A stretch of 64,000 nucleotides of DNA, taken from positions 20,484 to 84,483 of the forward strand of contig JAOAAU010000147.1 of NCBI GenBank assembly GCA_026418695.1, written 5' to 3'. The notes under the pieces were generated by a model. That model had not been told where the DNA came from and ran no database searches. It worked only from the letters and a program-made list of their open reading frames with translations. Position 1 is the stretch's first letter. Every line of letters begins with the position of its first letter. This DNA is from Clostridia bacterium. Lineage in GTDB: Bacteria; Bacillota; Clostridia; Acetivibrionales; JAFADI01. A program made the translations under genes and the position numbers. Below, piece by piece: positions 60,343 through 64,000 of the stretch.

Positions 60343-60975
60343 ATGAACAGTTTAGATTTAAATCTGGAAGAAAGAAAGGCTATTGGGGGAGGCAAACCGA
60401 ACCGGCTGAGAAAAAGCGGATATATTCCTGCCGTTGTGTATGGACACGGATCCCCCACCATGGCTGTACAGATAAAAGAGTCGGAATTCAAGCAGTTCCT
60501 GTCCAGACATGGAAAAAACTCATTATTTACTACTGAGTTTGCAGAGGAACATGATCTCTCCATGTTGGTGAAGGATATTCAGTATGACCCTGTGCATAAA
60601 AGCGTTGCTCATGTGGATTTTCAGAGAGTCTCCATGGATGAGAAAGTCAAGATGGAAGTTCCGGTCCGGGTCATTGGGCGGGATTGGGTTGAAAAAGCAG
60701 GCAATGTTATTGTACATCAATTGAGTGAAGTTACCGTTGAATGTCTGCCGAACGAAGTTCCCCGGTATATTGAAATCGATGTGTCTGATCTGACTCCCGG
60801 ACATGGCTATACCGCAGGACAGTTAAAACTGCCCAAAGGAGTTACCTTGATCAGCGAACCCAATAGCGTTCTATTGTCCATTACCGGAGGCGGACTTGAA
60901 CTCAAGGTTTCCAAAGAGGACGAGCCTGTCACGCCCGTGGGTGAAGAAGGAAACGTACATGCAAAAAGAATTTAA
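60343..60975 (+). CDS. rplY: 50S ribosomal protein L25 / general stress protein Ctc
   Basis: LRKSGYIPAVVYG, KDIQYDPV...HVDF, VECLP..VP..IEIDVSDL. Confidence 0.92.
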   Translation: MNSLDLNLEERKAIGGGKPNRLRKSGYIPAVVYGHGSPTMAVQIKESEFKQFLSRHGKNSLFTTEFAEEHDLSMLVKDIQYDPVHKSVAHVDFQRVSMDEKVKMEVPVRVIGRDWVEKAGNVIVHQLSEVTVECLPNEVPRYIEIDVSDLTPGHGYTAGQLKLPKGVTLISEPNSVLLSITGGGLELKVSKEDEPVTPVGEEGNVHAKRI

Positions 60976-60998
60976 ATCAGCTGCTTCCATATAATGCT

Positions 60999-61028
60999 TT
61001 CAGGCTACCAAAATTTTGGTAGCCTGAA
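60999..61028. terminator. Bidirectional terminator, perfect 30-bp palindrome
   Basis: TTCAGGCTACCAAAA|TTTTGGTAGCCTGAA between convergent genes. Confidence 0.8.
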
Positions 61029-61067
61029 TTTTTCTTGCCGTTTTTCACTTTTCGCCTGTGCCGCGCT

Positions 61068-63038
61068 CTAGGATACCGCTTCATTTTCCAGGTTGGCACC
61101 GGTAAACTGGCTGTTGTAGAGGTCAGCATAGAATCCGCCCTTGGCCAGAAGTTCCTTGTGGCTGCCCTGTTCAATGATGCTGCCTTTATTCATCACCAGG
61201 ATGACGTCCGCATCCCGTATGGTAGACAATCTATGTGCAATAACAAAGCTTGTTCTTCCCTTCATGAGGTTGGACATTGCCTTTTGTATCAGTACTTCTG
61301 TTCTGGTGTCGACATTACTTGTCGCTTCGTCCAAAATCAGAATGGATGGATCCGCCAGGATCGCACGGGCTATCGTCAAAAGCTGTTTTTGTCCTTGAGA
61401 GATATTGGAGGCTTCTTCATTCAGCACAGTTTTGTATCCTTCCGGCAGTGTCCTGATAAAGTGATCCGCATGCGCCGCTTTTGCAGCACGTACGATTTCG
61501 TCCTCCGTCGCGCCTTCCCGGCCATAGGCGATATTATCCCGGATGGTTCCGTTAAACAGCCAGGTATCCTGCAGCACCATTCCGAACATTGCCCGCAAAT
61601 CTCCGCGCTTCAGGTTCCGGATATCAATCCCATCCACGGTAATGCTGCCCCCCTGGATCTCATAGAAGCGCATCAGTAGATTGATCAAGGTTGTTTTTCC
61701 TGCACCCGTCGGGCCTACAATTGCTATGGTCTGCCCCGGTTTCACGTTAAGGTTCATATTTTCAATCAGGGGAATGTCCTCTTTATATCCGAACTTCACA
61801 TTTCTAAACCGGACTTCACCCTTCGGGTGCTCAATTACTGAGGCATCCGCTTTATCCGCAATCTCTTCCGGTTCATCCAGGACTTCAAAAACCCGCTCCG
61901 CGGATGCAACCGTAGATTGAATCACGTTTGCAATGTTGGCTGTTTGAATAATCGGCATGGTAAAGTTTCTCATATACTGAATGAACGCTTGAATATCCCC
62001 GATTTCGATCTTCTTCTTTGCTAACAGCAATCCACCGACTACACAAACTAGTACATAGCCTATATTATTGATAAAGTTCAGTGCCGGCATGATGACCCCG
62101 GACATGAATTGGGCTTTCCAACCTACATGATACAGCTTTTCATTGATCTTCTTGAACTCTTTGATGGAATCATCCTCGTGTCCGAAGGCTTTCACAATTT
62201 TATGCCCCGTAAACATCTCCTCAACATGGCCATTCAGCTGTCCAATATGCTTCTGCTGGTCTGCAAAAAACTTCTGCGATTTTTTAGCGATCTGTGAAGT
62301 AAGCATGCCGCAAACAGGCAAGGTGACCAGCGCAATCAACGTCATCAAGGGACTAATGGACAGCATCATGCCCAGTATTCCAATGATCGTTACTACGGAT
62401 GTAATCAACTGGGTTAAGCTCTGCTGCAAGGTTTGAGCTATATTATCCATATCGTTGGTAACACGGCTTAAAACCTCGCCATGAGTTCTTGCATCAAAAT
62501 ACTTCAACGGCAAGCGGTCCAGTTTATCTTTCACATCATTCCTCATGTTGAAAACCGTCTTTTGTGAAACACCGGCCATAATATAAGTCATCATATAACT
62601 AAACAGCGCACTGATGATATATAGAGCAATCATCAGAACTGCAATTCGCCCGATGTAGTTGAAATCAATTGTTGGCATCGGTTGTTCCTTTAGTCTATTA
62701 ATCACCGCTGCAGGCATTTTCTGTTGAATCGCCGTTTCAATTTTATAAATATGGGCGGCTCTTGCAATTAATCCTTCTCCTAGCTTTGTCGTTGCTCTAC
62801 CCATGATCTCGGGGCCAACAATATTAAATGATGTACTTACCACCGCCAGCAAGAGTACTGCAAAAAATCGATACTTTTGTGGCATCAAGTATTGAATCAG
62901 TCTTTTAAGTGTTCCTTTAAAGTTCTTCGCTTTTTGCACCGGTATTCCCAATGCCCCCCCGGGGCCTCCGCGCATCATTCCCCCTCTGGGTCTGCCGACC
63001 GGTTTGTGTGCAGTCCGGGTTGTTTGCGCTTCATTCAT
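61068..63038 (-). CDS. ABC exporter, fused permease/ATPase (heterodimer subunit, TM288-like)
   Basis: GPTGAGKTT, ISQGQKQ, ILDEATS, IAHRLS. Confidence 0.93.
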   Translation of the reverse strand: MNEAQTTRTAHKPVGRPRGGMMRGGPGGALGIPVQKAKNFKGTLKRLIQYLMPQKYRFFAVLLLAVVSTSFNIVGPEIMGRATTKLGEGLIARAAHIYKIETAIQQKMPAAVINRLKEQPMPTIDFNYIGRIAVLMIALYIISALFSYMMTYIMAGVSQKTVFNMRNDVKDKLDRLPLKYFDARTHGEVLSRVTNDMDNIAQTLQQSLTQLITSVVTIIGILGMMLSISPLMTLIALVTLPVCGMLTSQIAKKSQKFFADQQKHIGQLNGHVEEMFTGHKIVKAFGHEDDSIKEFKKINEKLYHVGWKAQFMSGVIMPALNFINNIGYVLVCVVGGLLLAKKKIEIGDIQAFIQYMRNFTMPIIQTANIANVIQSTVASAERVFEVLDEPEEIADKADASVIEHPKGEVRFRNVKFGYKEDIPLIENMNLNVKPGQTIAIVGPTGAGKTTLINLLMRFYEIQGGSITVDGIDIRNLKRGDLRAMFGMVLQDTWLFNGTIRDNIAYGREGATEDEIVRAAKAAHADHFIRTLPEGYKTVLNEEASNISQGQKQLLTIARAILADPSILILDEATSNVDTRTEVLIQKAMSNLMKGRTSFVIAHRLSTIRDADVILVMNKGSIIEQGSHKELLAKGGFYADLYNSQFTGANLENEAVS

Positions 63039-64000
63039 GCGATCTCCTCCTCCGACAGCTGTGAAGATACGATCTCACGATATACTCCGCAGGTTTTCAA
63101 AAGCGCTCTATGGGCACCAATTCCCACGACTTCGCCTTCATCCAGTACAATAATCCGATCAGCATCCATGACCGTACTCACCCTTTGGGCAATGATAATC
63201 ACGGTAGCATCGTCTGTTTCTTTCTTAAGCGCAGCCCTCAAGCGGGCATCCGTTTTGAAGTCCAGTGCAGAAAAGCTGTCATCAAAAACATAGATTTCCG
63301 GTCTTCTCACCAGCGCCCGAGCAATGGAAAGCCGCTGCTTCTGCCCACCGGAGATATTGGTTCCTCCCTGGGCAATCACGGAGTTATAACCATCCTTCAT
63401 TCCTGAAATAAATTCACTGGCCTGAGCAACTTCAGCTGCGTGCCGGACCTCTTCATCTGTTGCATCCTCCTTACCATACCGGATGTTTTCGGCAATCGTT
63501 CCTGAAAACAGAACTGCTGTCTGCGGAACAAATCCGATTTTTGCTCTTAAATCCTTTTGAGTCAACTCCCTGACATCCTTACCGTCTACCAAAACACTTC
63601 CGCTGTCAACATCATAGAATCTCGCGATAAGGCTGATTAACGTTGACTTTCCAGAACCGGTACCTCCAATAATAGCGGTAGTCTCGCCAGGGCTTGCAGC
63701 AAAGGTAATGTTGCTGATTGCAGGCTGTTCTGCTCCCGGATAACTAAAGGTAACATTCTTGAACTCTACATAGCCCCTCTTTTTAACCGGCTTTTGTGCC
63801 TGCTCAGGGTCAATGATTTCCGGCTCCATATCCAGCACTTCATTGATCCTTACTGCAGAAGCTTGAGCTCGAGGTACCATGACATACATCATGGAAACCA
63901 TGATCAATGAAAACATGATCTGCATTGCATATTGGAGAAATGCCATCATATCTCCGATCTGCATTTGGTTTTCATTAATTCTCAAACCCCCAAACCAGAT
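63035..64000 (-). CDS. ABC exporter, fused permease/ATPase (heterodimer subunit, TM287-like; partial)
   Basis: GGTGSGKST, ISGGQKQ, degenerate VFDDSFS and IAQR; 5' end lies beyond the window. Confidence 0.92.
   Translation of the reverse strand: MWFGGLRINENQMQIGDMMAFLQYAMQIMFSLIMVSMMYVMVPRAQASAVRINEVLDMEPEIIDPEQAQKPVKKRGYVEFKNVTFSYPGAEQPAISNITFAASPGETTAIIGGTGSGKSTLISLIARFYDVDSGSVLVDGKDVRELTQKDLRAKIGFVPQTAVLFSGTIAENIRYGKEDATDEEVRHAAEVAQASEFISGMKDGYNSVIAQGGTNISGGQKQRLSIARALVRRPEIYVFDDSFSALDFKTDARLRAALKKETDDATVIIIAQRVSTVMDADRIIVLDEGEVVGIGAHRALLKTCGVYREIVSSQLSEEEIA

Noticed and set aside
61035-61679. 214-aa plus-strand ORF
   Set aside because: Typical antisense shadow of an ABC ATPase domain.
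63035-63400. Degenerate Walker B/switch (DD, Q) read as a pseudogene sign
   Set aside because: Normal for the degenerate-site subunit of heterodimeric ABC exporters.

Overview
A 64-kb chromosomal window from a Clostridia-like Firmicute. The taxon is inferred from gene content, strong Shine-Dalgarno sites and sigma-A/ECF-type promoters. The left half (1-33.3 kb) is a hemicellulose/uronate utilisation region: GH67 alpha-glucuronidase, uxuAB, two sugar ABC importers, YesM/YesN-type two-component systems including an RR-HK-RR triad, an MFS/MATE/CE4/ABC-exporter operon and an MCP remnant. The right half is a mosaic of regulatory and envelope modules: ECF sigma/anti-sigma, an orphan BlaI-type repressor with a GH18-LRR protein, two convergent OmpR systems, a peptidase-HhH membrane protein, a NarL system with an esterase-CBM9, a MalT-like regulator cluster, L25/Ctc and a heterodimeric ABC exporter. 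The best candidate for an undescribed system is a two-gene operon at 51.1-54.4 kb. It pairs a Toll-like receptor-shaped protein (TIR with intact catalytic Glu, one TM helix, DUF6273-like ectodomain) with a DHH/DHHA1 phosphodiesterase fused to two tandem PGDYG-like (phage sponge-like) modules, which suggests a nucleotide second-messenger circuit. Two copies of a GGGGACAG-tagged palindromic element lie 36 kb apart. No rRNA, tRNA, CRISPR array or transposase was recognised. Domain calls come from motif recognition by eye, not database searches.
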